The notes: a model not told the origin generated them from the letters alone. A DNA stretch of 32,000 nucleotides from Candidatus Methanophagaceae archaeon (GCA_003194425.1 PQXB01000001.1:970444-1002443); one strand, 5' to 3'. Shown: positions 9,047-17,499, numbered from the stretch's first letter. Numbers and translations: made by a program.

Positions 9047-10264
9047 TTATTTAGAGAGCGCCTCGAGAATGTCGTGCGGGTTTGGGGGGCAGCCTTTTAT
9101 GTGCGTGAGGTTGTTCTTCTTCGCAATCTCTCTGGTGCAGTCGCCGAGGCAAATTACCTTTCCGTGCTGCTCCGGTATTTTCGCGTGCTTTCCCTGAATT
9201 ACATCAAGCCTCTTGAAGAGGGCGTAGTACGAAAATCTCGGTACGAACCGGAGCCAATATTTCGGGCTGCGGACTCCTGTCTTCACAGCCAACGAGAAGG
9301 AATCAATGCACATCGAGCAGGCGTAGGGGTTCCGCCATGAGTAGACATTTAAGATGTTTCCGTATTTTTTATTCGCCTGTTTGAACTTTTTTTTTACCCC
9401 TCCTTCTTCTTTTTCTTCTTTGACTTTAACACCAAATAAATTCAGCTTCGCAGGACCGATTTTCTGTTTCCGTCCCGCTCTAATGTGTTCAACGCTCTCG
9501 GGCTTTACGCCCATAATTTCGCAGCACGCAGTGTCCACTTCTAAAAGATTTGTTCCGAGAACAAGGACGCCAACTCGCTTCTTCTTGCCGTTCAGCGGTC
9601 CTTCGCCCTCCATTCCTTCAACGCCGTCAACAACAACCAAGTCCGGCTTCACAACCTTCGCCAACTCTACTAACGGCTCGTGCAAGCCCAAGTTGTGAAA
9701 ACGCTTCTTGTCGGAGTTCAGGAGAAGCCCCTTTTGGTTCTTCATTGAAAGCGTCACGACGGTCTGCCCGTGCGTTTTCATCTTCGGCAGATTTACATAC
9801 AAGTCCGCGTCAAGAACGATTTTCGGGATTTTCAGGACGCCGTATTTCCACCTTAACTCTGTGCGTTCTGCTTTCTTGAGGCTGTTGTTTAGGCTGTTGT
9901 TTAGGCTGTTGTTTAGGCTGTTGAGGTTCACGAGGTTCACCCCCTTTCTCGCTGCCAGCTCGCTGTACCCCGAGACCTCAAAGACCCTGCTCTCGTCTGC
10001 CCCTAACCCCGAGCCTTCTGCGATTGTGATGTTTCGGGTCTCAAAGCCGTTCTCTTCGAGGACGCTGATCGTTGCTTCGACGACCGCGGGGTGAGTAATT
10101 ATTGCAGAGCTTGGTTTTGCGGGAATGACAATATTTGGCTTTAGGACTGCGGTTCTTTTAGTTCTGTTCTGCAAGTCCAACCCTAACTCTTTAACTGCAC
10201 TGCCGATCAAACGCTCTAACGATTTTACACTGTATTTCTTGGCTTCAACAACTTTCACACTCAT
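9047..10264 (-). CDS. DUF362-domain protein (putative Fe-S / Cys-rich C-terminus)
   Basis: KPNIVIPAKPSSAIITHPAVVEATISVLEENGF is typical of DUF362. I place the start at the ATG at 10264-10262 (MSVKVVEAKKY..), which overlaps the upstream gene's stop as ATGA (10261-10264). The 44-codon extension in the ORF track lies inside the upstream CDS. Confidence 0.6.
   Translation of the reverse strand: MSVKVVEAKKYSVKSLERLIGSAVKELGLDLQNRTKRTAVLKPNIVIPAKPSSAIITHPAVVEATISVLEENGFETRNITIAEGSGLGADESRVFEVSGYSELAARKGVNLVNLNSLNNSLNNSLNNSLKKAERTELRWKYGVLKIPKIVLDADLYVNLPKMKTHGQTVVTLSMKNQKGLLLNSDKKRFHNLGLHEPLVELAKVVKPDLVVVDGVEGMEGEGPLNGKKKRVGVLVLGTNLLEVDTACCEIMGVKPESVEHIRAGRKQKIGPAKLNLFGVKVKEEKEEGGVKKKFKQANKKYGNILNVYSWRNPYACSMCIDSFSLAVKTGVRSPKYWLRFVPRFSYYALFKRLDVIQGKHAKIPEQHGKVICLGDCTREIAKKNNLTHIKGCPPNPHDILEALSK
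9879..9940. repeat. Two abutting in-frame tandem repeats: 12-bp aggctgttgttt x3.75 (NSLN)n and 9-bp gaggttcac x2 (VNL)2
   Basis: 12-bp units at 9879-9890, 9891-9902 and 9903-9914, plus partial 9915-9923. 9-bp units at 9923-9931 and 9932-9940. All perfect. Confidence 0.95.
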
Positions 10265-11214
10265 TTCTTCCCAACCTTCTCCGCAATCAAATAAGGGTGG
10301 TGAGCGACAAAAGTCTTGAACGCCGACGGTGCTTGCTTCTCGATTAAATTGTACCAAATTCTGAATAAGAGCAGTGCAAACCTGTCCTTCGGGCACGCTT
10401 CCCCCGCCGCTTTAACCGCGTTTAGGTCGCTCAACAGCTCACCGAGTGGCTTGAGTTTGACCGCGGGTCTAAGTTCGTGCCACTCCTCTCTCCCCTTCTC
10501 TTTCCCTCTCCCCTTCTCTTTCCCTCTCCCCTTCTCTTGCGTCTTTTGACTCTGCTCTCGCTTTAGCATTTCGGCAGCCTTTATGTTTATGTCGGGCCAG
10601 GGCGGCATGTCCGTCGCACCGGTTTCAAGAACGACCGCGTCCAAGCCCTCAACGATTTTTTTCAGCCCCGAGATTTTCATCTGGCTCAGGTTGCCGTGGT
10701 CCCAGGGCTCCCGCCGCAAGTAGTGGTAGGCGCGGTGGAAGGGCAAGCCGAGGTTGAAGACATTTTGGATTTCCAAAAAAATGTATCTTCTCGTTACGCG
10801 CAGCATTTCTTTTACTACCGCCTCAGGGCGGGGAAAGTGCTCGTAGACGCAGAAGTTCCAGACCAAGTCGAAGGAGTCGTCTCTAAACGCGGAGTCCTGC
10901 CAGTGCGACCTGACAAATTCGGGTTTTGGTTGGACAAACCCAAACGCAGCCCAAATTTTTCCCGCTGTTTTCAAGAACTCCGCAGAGGGGTGAGCCACCG
11001 TAACCCCGCACCCCTTCGCCGCAAAGACCGCACTTTTCAGCCCCGGCACGCCCATAATTCCGTCTGCCGGCATCTCCAAGACCTCTGAAATCTCGTACCG
11101 CTCTACTAACGCAGAAGCGAACCTGTCAAACGCAAACCGCTCGTACGCGGTGCCGTAGCCCTCGTCAAACGCGAAGAGATATTTTTGCAACCCTTTGCCT
11201 CTCTTCTTTTTCAT
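10261..11214 (-). CDS. Class I methyltransferase-like protein (degenerate SAM motif)
   Basis: 317 aa. VLEMPADGIMGVPG...GCGVTVAH and FDLVWNFCVYEHF resemble motifs I-III of Rossmann-fold methyltransferases. The C-terminal half carries a KGRGKE repeat insert. Assignment is tentative. Confidence 0.45.
   Translation of the reverse strand: MKKKRGKGLQKYLFAFDEGYGTAYERFAFDRFASALVERYEISEVLEMPADGIMGVPGLKSAVFAAKGCGVTVAHPSAEFLKTAGKIWAAFGFVQPKPEFVRSHWQDSAFRDDSFDLVWNFCVYEHFPRPEAVVKEMLRVTRRYIFLEIQNVFNLGLPFHRAYHYLRREPWDHGNLSQMKISGLKKIVEGLDAVVLETGATDMPPWPDINIKAAEMLKREQSQKTQEKGRGKEKGRGKEKGREEWHELRPAVKLKPLGELLSDLNAVKAAGEACPKDRFALLLFRIWYNLIEKQAPSAFKTFVAHHPYLIAEKVGKK
10488..10538. repeat. 18-bp tandem repeat ctctccccttctctttcc x2.8; encodes (KGRGKE)n on the minus strand
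   Basis: Units at 10488-10505 and 10506-10523 are identical. 10524-10538 is a 15-bp partial copy. Confidence 0.95.
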
Positions 11215-11252
11215 CTCAATTGTTTTGCTGTAATAAAATTATCATAAAACTA

Positions 11253-11770
11253 TCAAAAAAAATAAAAAACCAGTGAGACCGCAGGCGAGAACCTCTGCAT
11301 CTTTTTGCCTGTTGTTCCTCCGAGATGGTTGTTGTTCGCTTCGTACAGTTCGATGTTCGCTCGCATGTAGGGCGAAGGAAGATTCGTCACCGCTACTTTC
11401 AAGACGCCTGTCTTCGTCAGGTTCACCTTGAACCAGTCGTGGTCGCCAGCGCCGAAGATGTAGGGTTTTAGTGCCGTGCCAGTGCCGTGCCGAGAGCGAT
11501 TTCCTTCGCGCCTGCGAAATCGCCGTTCGGCTCGTATTCGTCGGGAACTTCGTCCTGCGTTAGTGTTAGCGTGTACGTCGTTGTGTAACTTCCGCCTGCG
11601 TAGTCGCGGATTCGGAAGTAGTAGTCGCCGGGCGTGACAACATCGTAAGAGACCGCTTTGTCTGCGCCCGTGTCGCCCGTCACACCCGTGAGGTAGTTGT
11701 TGTTCGCGCCGTAAATCTCGACCTCCGCGCGCATTGACGCGGGGATATTTGTTACTACATAAATTGTTGT
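11253..11770 (-). pseudogene. Remnant of a secreted protein with pre-peptidase C-terminal (PPC)-type domains; 5'-truncated, frameshifted and 3'-degenerate
   Basis: The 88-aa ORF (11468-11734) reads ..MRAEVEIYGANNNYLTG...GDYYFRIRDYAGGSYTTTYTLTLTQ..EYEPNGDFAGAKEIALG. My translation of the next frame downstream gives KPYIFGAGDHDWFKVNLTKTGVLKVAVTNLPSPYMRANIELYEANNNHLGG, a second PPC-like repeat. In-frame sequence upstream of the Met (TTIYVVTNIPAS) stops at a TAA, so the first domain lacks its start. Confidence 0.6.
11470..11491. repeat. 11-bp tandem duplication agtgccgtgcc x2 (frameshifting)
   Basis: Copies at 11470-11480 and 11481-11491 are identical. Deleting one copy joins ..AKEIALGTAL to KPYIFGAGDHDWFKV.. 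in a single frame. Confidence 0.9.
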
Positions 11771-11796
11771 GTCTCTTTAAATACTTACCTCGTTTA

Positions 11797-11834
11797 ATAT
11801 TTACCTCTTCTATATTTACCTCTTCTTTACCTCT
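11797..11834. repeat. Intergenic 15-bp tandem repeat atatttacctcttct x2.5
   Basis: Units at 11797-11811 and 11812-11826 are identical. 11827-11834 is partial. Lies between the DUF373 stop (11841) and the PPC remnant. Confidence 0.9.
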
Positions 11835-11840
11835 AAAAAT

Positions 11841-12974
11841 TCAAGATTCTTTCCCCTCCCCTTTGCTCATCGTGCTTCTCTCCTTCAAATACAACGAAAT
11901 CCTAACGCCTACAAGCGAAAGAACGGTCGCACCGAGCAGCGAGAAGAAGAGGAACTGGTAGCCCATCGGGTAGTTGCCCTCGCTCAGCAGAATTATGCAC
12001 TCGCTGCCGCCCCACACAATCAAACCCGAGGCGACGACCGAGAACAAAATCGCCCACTGCCGAACGATTCTCTCCCGCTCAATCAACATATTCAGCATCT
12101 TCCCCACCAGAGGAGCGAGCGCCGCACCCACGTACCACCCGACCGCACCCCTGGCAAAATAGACAAGACCCAACAAAATCCGCTCGCCAGACTCGGCGGT
12201 AGGCAGTTTCGTGTACTCTGTAATGCCTTGAGATGTACCTGCCAGAAGAAGCACGACCGCACAAATGTAGGTTACGAGCGAGATTTTACCGCTGTAAATC
12301 GACTGCCTCACGGTCTCAAGAAACTCCATCATTAGATTCTCAAGCCCAAAGCTCTTGAGCAGCAGGTAAATCCCGACGAACCCGAAGATCAGCCCCACCG
12401 CCCAGCCCGGCTGCCCAACCAAGAGCGAAATGAAGAGGGAAATGAAAATAAGACCCAGAGGTGTCAAGAATGTGTGAGCGAACTTCGGGTCCTCAAGCAA
12501 TTTCTTTACGACATAAAAACTGCTTTCCAACGGCTCGCTCTGCCTCACTACAACTCTCCGCACAGCGTCTATTTTCACCCGCGACTGCAGAATTGGAAGA
12601 ATGCTCTCGTCCTCTGCACCGTCGCTCACCAAAATCGCAGTCTCTGCACCGGTCTTTGAGAGAACCTTGTCCAACTCCCGCCCGACTTTACGGTCCGCCT
12701 CAACTCCAAGATTCTTCTCGCCCGCGACCAACGCGATTTCCACATCGTCCGCTCCCGCTCCGTTCCCTTCACCTTTCAACCACTCGTAAATCCGAACCGC
12801 CGCAAAAATCGCATTTACATCCGAGTCCTCGGCGTCCGCAAGCCCCAGCTTCGTCGCTGCCGAGAGGCTCGCTGCCCTGCCCACGACCGGCGTCTGCAAG
12901 CCCGCTTTCTCTCCGATGTCGTCGTCCCGGTCTACGCAGAGGACAAGCGTCCCTCCCCTCTCCCTTCTACTCAT
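11841..12974 (-). CDS. Archaeal DUF373-family integral membrane protein
   Basis: 377 aa. The N-terminal soluble domain LVLCVDRDDDIGEKAGLQTPVVGR...LGLADAEDSDVNAIFAAVRIYEWL matches my memory of DUF373. It is followed by about 6 TM helices. The start overlaps the purF stop by 8 nt. Confidence 0.55.
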   Translation of the reverse strand: MSRRERGGTLVLCVDRDDDIGEKAGLQTPVVGRAASLSAATKLGLADAEDSDVNAIFAAVRIYEWLKGEGNGAGADDVEIALVAGEKNLGVEADRKVGRELDKVLSKTGAETAILVSDGAEDESILPILQSRVKIDAVRRVVVRQSEPLESSFYVVKKLLEDPKFAHTFLTPLGLIFISLFISLLVGQPGWAVGLIFGFVGIYLLLKSFGLENLMMEFLETVRQSIYSGKISLVTYICAVVLLLAGTSQGITEYTKLPTAESGERILLGLVYFARGAVGWYVGAALAPLVGKMLNMLIERERIVRQWAILFSVVASGLIVWGGSECIILLSEGNYPMGYQFLFFSLLGATVLSLVGVRISLYLKERSTMSKGEGKES

Positions 12975-14643
12975 TTTTTACCCTTACCTTACTTTCACAG
13001 TCTACCTTACTTTCACAGTCCTCGCCTGGAATTTCAACAGGGTACTTCCCAGTCAGACAGCCGAGACAGAGGTTCTCCGCCGCAATTCCCACCGAATCCA
13101 CCAGCCCCGCCAGGCTGAGGTAGCCAACCGAATCCGCGTTTAGAAACTCGCAAATCTCTGCCAAATTCCGCCCTGACGCCAGCAACTCCGACCGCGTCGG
13201 CGTGTTAATGCCGAGGTAGCAGGGAGCAATTATCGGCGGGCTTCCGATTCTTATGTGCACTTCCTTCGCCCCTTTCTTCTTCAGGTTCGCCACAATTCGC
13301 CTTGAAGTCGTCCCTCTCACGACGCTGTCGTCCACCAGAACCACCCGTTTCCCCTTCACATTCTCCTGCACGACATTTAACTTCAGCCGCACCGCCGTGT
13401 CCCGCGACGCCTTCTCGGGCATTATAAAAGTCCGCCCCACGTACCTGTTTTTCATAAGCCCCTCTTTGTAGTCGAGCCCTGCCCGCTTTGCGTAGCCGAT
13501 TGCGAAAGTAATTCCAGAATCCGGCACCGGCGAGACAATGTCCGCCCCCTGCACGCCGCAGCCACCGCCACAGCCGCAGCCACCGCCACAGCCGCAGCCA
13601 CTGCTACCGCCACTGCTACCGCTACTGCTACCGCCACTGCTACCGCCACACACCACCCCTTCCTCTTCCGCCAGCCGCTCGCCGATTTTCATCCGCACAT
13701 CGTAGACTAACCGCCCGTCCAAGACCGAGTCCGCCCTCGCGAAATAAATGTATTCAAAGACGCAGTGAGCCGTGTTCTTCCCGCGGCACAACTGGTAACT
13801 TTCTAAACCTACTCCGCCCCCTTTCCCTCCTCCTCCTTTTCCTCCTCTCCCCTTTCCTCTCGCCACTAACACCTCCCCTGGTCTCACATCTCTCACCAAC
13901 TCGCCGTCTAACAGGTCAATCGCGGGACTTTCCGACGCAATTATGTACCCGTCCTCTGTCTCGCCAAGGCACAGCGGTTTAATGCCCAACGGGTCTCTAA
14001 CCGCGATTAAAGTCCCGTCCAGCAAAATAACCAACGAATAAGACCCTACAACACGAGTCATCACTTTTTTAAGCGCCTCTACCGGGTCGTTCCTCGCCTG
14101 CTGCCCTGCCTGCTGCTGCCCTGCCTGCTGCTGCCCTGCCTGCTGCTGCCCTGCCAGTTCCTTCGCGAGCAGCTGTGCCACCACTTCGGTGTCGGTCTCG
14201 GAATGAAAAATTCTGCCTTCCTTTTTTAATTCTTCTCGCAGCTCCGCGGTGTTTACGAGGTTGCCGTTGTGTGCGATTGCGAATTTCCCGCCACGGTAGT
14301 TCACGAGCAGCGGCTCGGAATTCTCTACATTTGACGCCCCTGTCGTCGAATATCTGACATGCCCAATCCCGAGGTTACCCTTCCCTCGCAGCGAATCTAA
14401 GCGTTGGCGGTCGAAGACCTCGTAAACAAATCCCATTCCCCTCTCCAGTTTTATTTTATTCCCCTCTTTTCTCTTTCCCTGCTCGGCACTCGTGCTCGTG
14501 CTCTCACTTACTGCGATGCCCGCGGATTCCTGACCCCTGTGTTGCAGAGCGTAGAGGGCGTAAAAAGTCGGTAGAGCAGCGTTTCCCTGCCCTTGGGCTA
14601 AAGCCACGCCAACTATTCCGCAGCTTTCTCTTTGGTCTTTCAT
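12967..14643 (-). CDS. purF: Amidophosphoribosyltransferase (glutamine-PRPP amidotransferase) with multiple low-complexity inserts
   Basis: Ntn-type CGIVGV, HVRYSTTG, HNGNLVN, SETDTEV, PVPDSG, the PRPP loop VVLVDDSVVRGTTS and RIGSPPIIAPCYLGI. I place the start at the ATG at 14643 (MKDQRESCGIVG). The TTG start at 14664 in the ORF track lies inside an 11-bp non-coding-type repeat. Confidence 0.9.
   Translation of the reverse strand: MKDQRESCGIVGVALAQGQGNAALPTFYALYALQHRGQESAGIAVSESTSTSAEQGKRKEGNKIKLERGMGFVYEVFDRQRLDSLRGKGNLGIGHVRYSTTGASNVENSEPLLVNYRGGKFAIAHNGNLVNTAELREELKKEGRIFHSETDTEVVAQLLAKELAGQQQAGQQQAGQQQAGQQARNDPVEALKKVMTRVVGSYSLVILLDGTLIAVRDPLGIKPLCLGETEDGYIIASESPAIDLLDGELVRDVRPGEVLVARGKGRGGKGGGGKGGGVGLESYQLCRGKNTAHCVFEYIYFARADSVLDGRLVYDVRMKIGERLAEEEGVVCGGSSGGSSSGSSGGSSGCGCGGGCGCGGGCGVQGADIVSPVPDSGITFAIGYAKRAGLDYKEGLMKNRYVGRTFIMPEKASRDTAVRLKLNVVQENVKGKRVVLVDDSVVRGTTSRRIVANLKKKGAKEVHIRIGSPPIIAPCYLGINTPTRSELLASGRNLAEICEFLNADSVGYLSLAGLVDSVGIAAENLCLGCLTGKYPVEIPGEDCESKVDCESKVRVKNE
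12985..13020. repeat. 18-bp tandem repeat taccttactttcacagtc x2; encodes (DCESKV)2 in the purF C-terminal extension
   Basis: Units at 12985-13002 and 13003-13020 are identical. Confidence 0.95.
13558..13647. repeat. Composite GC-rich tandem repeats inside purF: 18-bp gcagccaccgccacagcc x2, then 12-bp actgctaccgcc x4
   Basis: 18-bp units at 13558-13575 and 13576-13593. 12-bp units at 13600-13611, 13612-13623 (1 mismatch), 13624-13635 and 13636-13647. They encode GGSSGGSSSGSSGGSSGCGCGGGCGCGGGCG. Confidence 0.9.
14096..14155. repeat. 15-bp tandem repeat gcctgctgctgccct x3 plus one 12-bp shortened copy; encodes (AGQQQ)n in purF
   Basis: 14096-14107 is a 12-bp variant. Units at 14108-14122, 14123-14137 and 14138-14152 are identical. 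Confidence 0.95.
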
Positions 14644-14653
14644 TTCTGACTTT

Positions 14654-14708
14654 ACTGCCTCCAAACTGCCTCCAAACTGCCTCCAAACTGCCTTTAAACT
14701 GCCTTTAC
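14654..14708. repeat. Intergenic 11-bp tandem repeat, 5 copies (actgcctccaa x3, then actgcctttaa / actgcctttac)
   Basis: Units at 14654-64, 14665-75, 14676-86, 14687-97 and 14698-708. Lies immediately upstream of the purF ATG (14643), in the purF / signal peptidase divergent region. Confidence 0.95.
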
Positions 14709-14803
14709 CACCCTACTAAAAAATGCTCTAATATTTTTCGCACTTCGTTTACTTCTTCCTCCCTTCGCCTTATTTATGTTTCTAAATTCTTTGTTCTTCT
14801 AAA

Positions 14804-15316
14804 ATGAAAGAAGCGTTGGTAGAGACAGGAAAATTAGTGGCAGAGGTGTTGGTAATCGTTGGCGTAATAGTCGTCGGCGCACACACGGTTACAGGCTCGT
14901 GGCACATCGGGTTCGCCGTCGAGTCGGGCAGCATGGAACCGAATATGCAGGTCGGCGACCTAATCTTCGTGCTCGCACCGCACCGCACAAACATCACGAC
15001 CTACGAAGAAGGCAAACTCCTCAACTACACCTCGTTCCACGACTACGGGGATGTGATTATTTACCGCCCGAACGGGCTCTACTCGGCGACGCCGATAATT
15101 CACCGAGCGATGTTTTGGGTAGAGGCGGGGGAGGAGATGCCGGACGGAAGACCTGCCCCTCACGCAGGCTACATTACGAAAGGCGACAACAACCCCGGCT
15201 ACGACCAGCCGTTGCTTGGCGTTGAGCCTGTGAAACCAGAGTGGGTCATCGCAGTGCCAAGAGCAAGGCTGCCTTACCTCGGCTACCCCTCGCTTATTTT
15301 AAAGAAAGTTTTTTAA
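14804..15316 (+). CDS. Archaeal/eukaryal-type signal peptidase I (S26B, Sec11-like)
   Basis: 170 aa. N-terminal TM anchor, catalytic-Ser box VESGSMEPNMQVGDLIFV, IIHRA (His box) and the ITKGDNNPGYD motif typical of S26B peptidases. Confidence 0.8.
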   Translation: MKEALVETGKLVAEVLVIVGVIVVGAHTVTGSWHIGFAVESGSMEPNMQVGDLIFVLAPHRTNITTYEEGKLLNYTSFHDYGDVIIYRPNGLYSATPIIHRAMFWVEAGEEMPDGRPAPHAGYITKGDNNPGYDQPLLGVEPVKPEWVIAVPRARLPYLGYPSLILKKVF

Positions 15317-15375
15317 GTAGGAAGGAAAGACAAGGAAGGAAAGTAGGAAGAACAGACAAGAAAGGATACGGATAA

Positions 15376-15403
15376 AAAGTAAAAGAAAGAAAGTAAAAGA
15401 AAG
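15376..15403. repeat. Intergenic all-purine 14-bp tandem repeat aaagtaaaagaaag x2, within a purine-rich spacer (15317-15417)
   Basis: Units at 15376-15389 and 15390-15403 are identical. The upstream spacer also carries imperfect aggaaggaaag repeats. Confidence 0.85.
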
Positions 15404-15417
15404 GGAAGATTAGAAAA

Positions 15418-15942
15418 ATGGGAAAAAAACCGGCTCGTAAATACACGAAAATAACAGGACCCGCGTACGTGCGGAAAGAATATATGGGCGGGATTCCAGG
15501 AAGCAAAATCGCACTCTTTGTGATGGGAAATTTGAGCAGAGATTTCCCGGTCTCGCTCTCCCTCGTCGCGAAAGAACCCTGCCAAATTCGGCACAACGCG
15601 TTGGAGGCGGCGAGGATTTTTGCTAACAGGTATTTGGTGAAGGCGGTAGGGCGGAAGAACTTTCACCTCCGAATAAGGATTTACCCGCACCACGTGCTGC
15701 GAGAGAACAAAATCGCCTCGGGGGCAGGCGCGGACAGGGTTTCAAGCGGAATGCGGCACGCGTTTGGAAAAGCCGTTGGCACTGCTGCGAGGGTGAAGAG
15801 CGGGCAGAAAATGCTGAGCGTTGGCATTGAGGGGCAGAACTTTGAGGACGCGAAGGAGGCTCTGCGACGGGCGAGCTACAAACTCCCCACTCCGTGCAGG
15901 ATTGTCGTGGAGAAGGGCGAGGAGTTGGTAGTGGGTGCGTAG
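15418..15942 (+). CDS. rpl10e: 50S ribosomal protein L10e (uL16)
   Basis: 174 aa. [31 protein letters not shown]..., [14 protein letters not shown] and [12 protein letters not shown] are characteristic of archaeal L10e/uL16. Confidence 0.9.
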   Translation: MGKKPARKYTKITGPAYVRKEYMGGIPGSKIALFVMGNLSRDFPVSLSLVAKEPCQIRHNALEAARIFANRYLVKAVGRKNFHLRIRIYPHHVLRENKIASGAGADRVSSGMRHAFGKAVGTAARVKSGQKMLSVGIEGQNFEDAKEALRRASYKLPTPCRIVVEKGEELVVGA

Positions 15943-15969
15943 TTGGTGGTTAGAGAATTCTGCAGAAAA

Positions 15970-17178
15970 ATGAAACGAGGCTACAAAATCGCGGTAATTC
16001 GCGGCGACGGAATCGGACCTGAAATAATTAGCGAGGGCGTAAAAGTGCTGGAGGCGGTCTCGGAGCAGGAGGGGTTTGAACTCGAGTGGGTTGAGTTCCC
16101 GCACGGTGCAGAGCATTTTTTGGCGACTGGCGAGTTGCTGGGCGAGGAGACGCTGAAGGAGTTGGAGCGGTACGACGCAATTTACTTCGGCAGCATCGGC
16201 GACCCGAGAGTGCCAACAGGGGTTCTGGAGCAGGGCATTCTGCTCGCGATGCGGTTCTACTTCGACCAGTTCGTGAACCTGCGACCTGTGAAACTGCTGG
16301 AGGGCGTTCGCACGCCGTTGGCGGGGAAGGGTCCAGAGGAGATCGATTTTACGGTGGTGCGTGAGAACACCGAGGATTTTTATGTCGGCATCGGCGGCAG
16401 AGCGAAGGGCGGCAGGTCGGTGAAAGCAGAAGGGAGAGAAGGAAAAACGAGGCAAGAACTTGAAATCGCAAGGAAACTTTACAACATTAAATTCGGGCTT
16501 GACATCGAAACCGACGCAGACGAGCTCGCTTACCAAATCGGCGTCGTTACGAGGGTGGGCTGCGAGCGCGTAATTCGGTTCGCATTCGAACTCGCAAAGG
16601 CAAGGGCAGAGAGAGGGGGCAAGCAGAAGGTAACGAGCGTGGACAAGGCGAACGTGCTGACGCACTGCTACGGCTTCTGGCGTGAGGTCTTTAGCGAGGT
16701 CGCACGGGACTACCAGGAAATCGAAACCGAGTTCAACTTCGTGGACGCTGTCTGTATGTGGTTCGTCAAGAACCCGGAGTGGTTTCAGGTCGTCGTCGCT
16801 CCAAATATGTTCGGCGACATAATTACCGACCTCGGCGCGATGATTCAAGGCGGGCTCGGGCTCGCTCCCGGCGGAAACATTAACCCCGACGGCGTCTCAA
16901 TGTTCGAGCCGATTCACGGCTCCGCACCGAAATACAAGGGCAAAGGCGTCGCAAATCCCGTAGCCACGATTTGGGCAGGCGCGATGCTTTTGGAAAATCT
17001 CGGCGTTGGCAGCGGCAGCGGCGAGAAAAGAGCTGCGAGAGCGGCGGAACGGGTCTTGAGCGCGGTTGAGGCGGTTCTGCGGGCGGGGAAAGTGCGGACA
17101 CGCGACCTCGGCGGGAACTCGAAGACGAGCGAGGTCGGCGACGCGGTTGTTGGTAAGATTAAGGAGCTGGGAGAGTAA
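15970..17178 (+). CDS. Isopropylmalate / tartrate dehydrogenase-family beta-decarboxylating dehydrogenase (LeuB/TtuC-like)
   Basis: [58 protein letters not shown] and [19 protein letters not shown] place the start at the ATG at 15970 (MKRGYKIAV). The TTG at 15943 directly abuts the rpl10e stop. Confidence 0.85.
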   Translation: MKRGYKIAVIRGDGIGPEIISEGVKVLEAVSEQEGFELEWVEFPHGAEHFLATGELLGEETLKELERYDAIYFGSIGDPRVPTGVLEQGILLAMRFYFDQFVNLRPVKLLEGVRTPLAGKGPEEIDFTVVRENTEDFYVGIGGRAKGGRSVKAEGREGKTRQELEIARKLYNIKFGLDIETDADELAYQIGVVTRVGCERVIRFAFELAKARAERGGKQKVTSVDKANVLTHCYGFWREVFSEVARDYQEIETEFNFVDAVCMWFVKNPEWFQVVVAPNMFGDIITDLGAMIQGGLGLAPGGNINPDGVSMFEPIHGSAPKYKGKGVANPVATIWAGAMLLENLGVGSGSGEKRAARAAERVLSAVEAVLRAGKVRTRDLGGNSKTSEVGDAVVGKIKELGE

Positions 17179-17194
17179 CTAACTCCTCTCCAAT

Positions 17195-17208
17195 TCTTTA
17201 TTTTTTAT
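17195..17208 (+). terminator. Oligo-T tract (tctttattttttat) after the dehydrogenase gene
   Basis: A T6 run at 17201-17206 lies about 20 nt after the stop at 17178. Archaeal termination commonly uses oligo-T. Pattern only. Confidence 0.3.
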
Positions 17209-17499
17209 TCACAACCACTTGTACCCCTTTTCACGATGCAAAATCTGAATTACCTTAAGGCAGTCGGAATCTTCAAAATAAACGACACGATAATCGCCAA
17301 TTCGCAGCCGAAAAAGGTCTTCCCTTCCCCTAACTCCTTTTAACTTTTTAATGTCCAGCATTCTGCTTTTCCCTTTCCTTCTCTCAGGCTTTTGCTCACC
17401 GAGAAAATGTAAAGTCGCTTTGATTCTTTTCTTCTTATCCTCGGGTAACGCGTCGAGTTGTTTTCTTGCAACTTTCGACAAAAGAACGGTTTTTGGCAT
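17209..17499 (-). CDS. relE: Type II toxin, RelE/ParE family
   Basis: 96 aa. ARKQLDALPEDKKKRI...LKGVRGREDLFRLRIGDYRVVYFEDSDCLKVIQILHREKGY matches the RelE/ParE consensus (K.LKG....fRlRiGdYRvvY....i.v..i.HR...Y). Confidence 0.8.
   Translation of the reverse strand: MPKTVLLSKVARKQLDALPEDKKKRIKATLHFLGEQKPERRKGKSRMLDIKKLKGVRGREDLFRLRIGDYRVVYFEDSDCLKVIQILHREKGYKWL

Noticed and set aside
12461-13123. 220-aa plus-strand ORF (and the 61-75 aa ORFs around it)
   Set aside because: It is antisense to the DUF373 and purF genes, with Pro/Ser/Arg-rich low-complexity translation. It is a shadow ORF.
13452-13649. 65-aa MAVAVAVAV.. minus-strand ORF
   Set aside because: It is the alternative-frame reading of the GC-rich purF repeat. 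The purF frame is continuous through this region.
15742-16848. 368-aa minus-strand ORF
   Set aside because: It is entirely antisense to the strongly supported rpl10e 3' end and LeuB-family CDS. It has no recognisable motifs and is a typical shadow ORF in GC-rich coding DNA.
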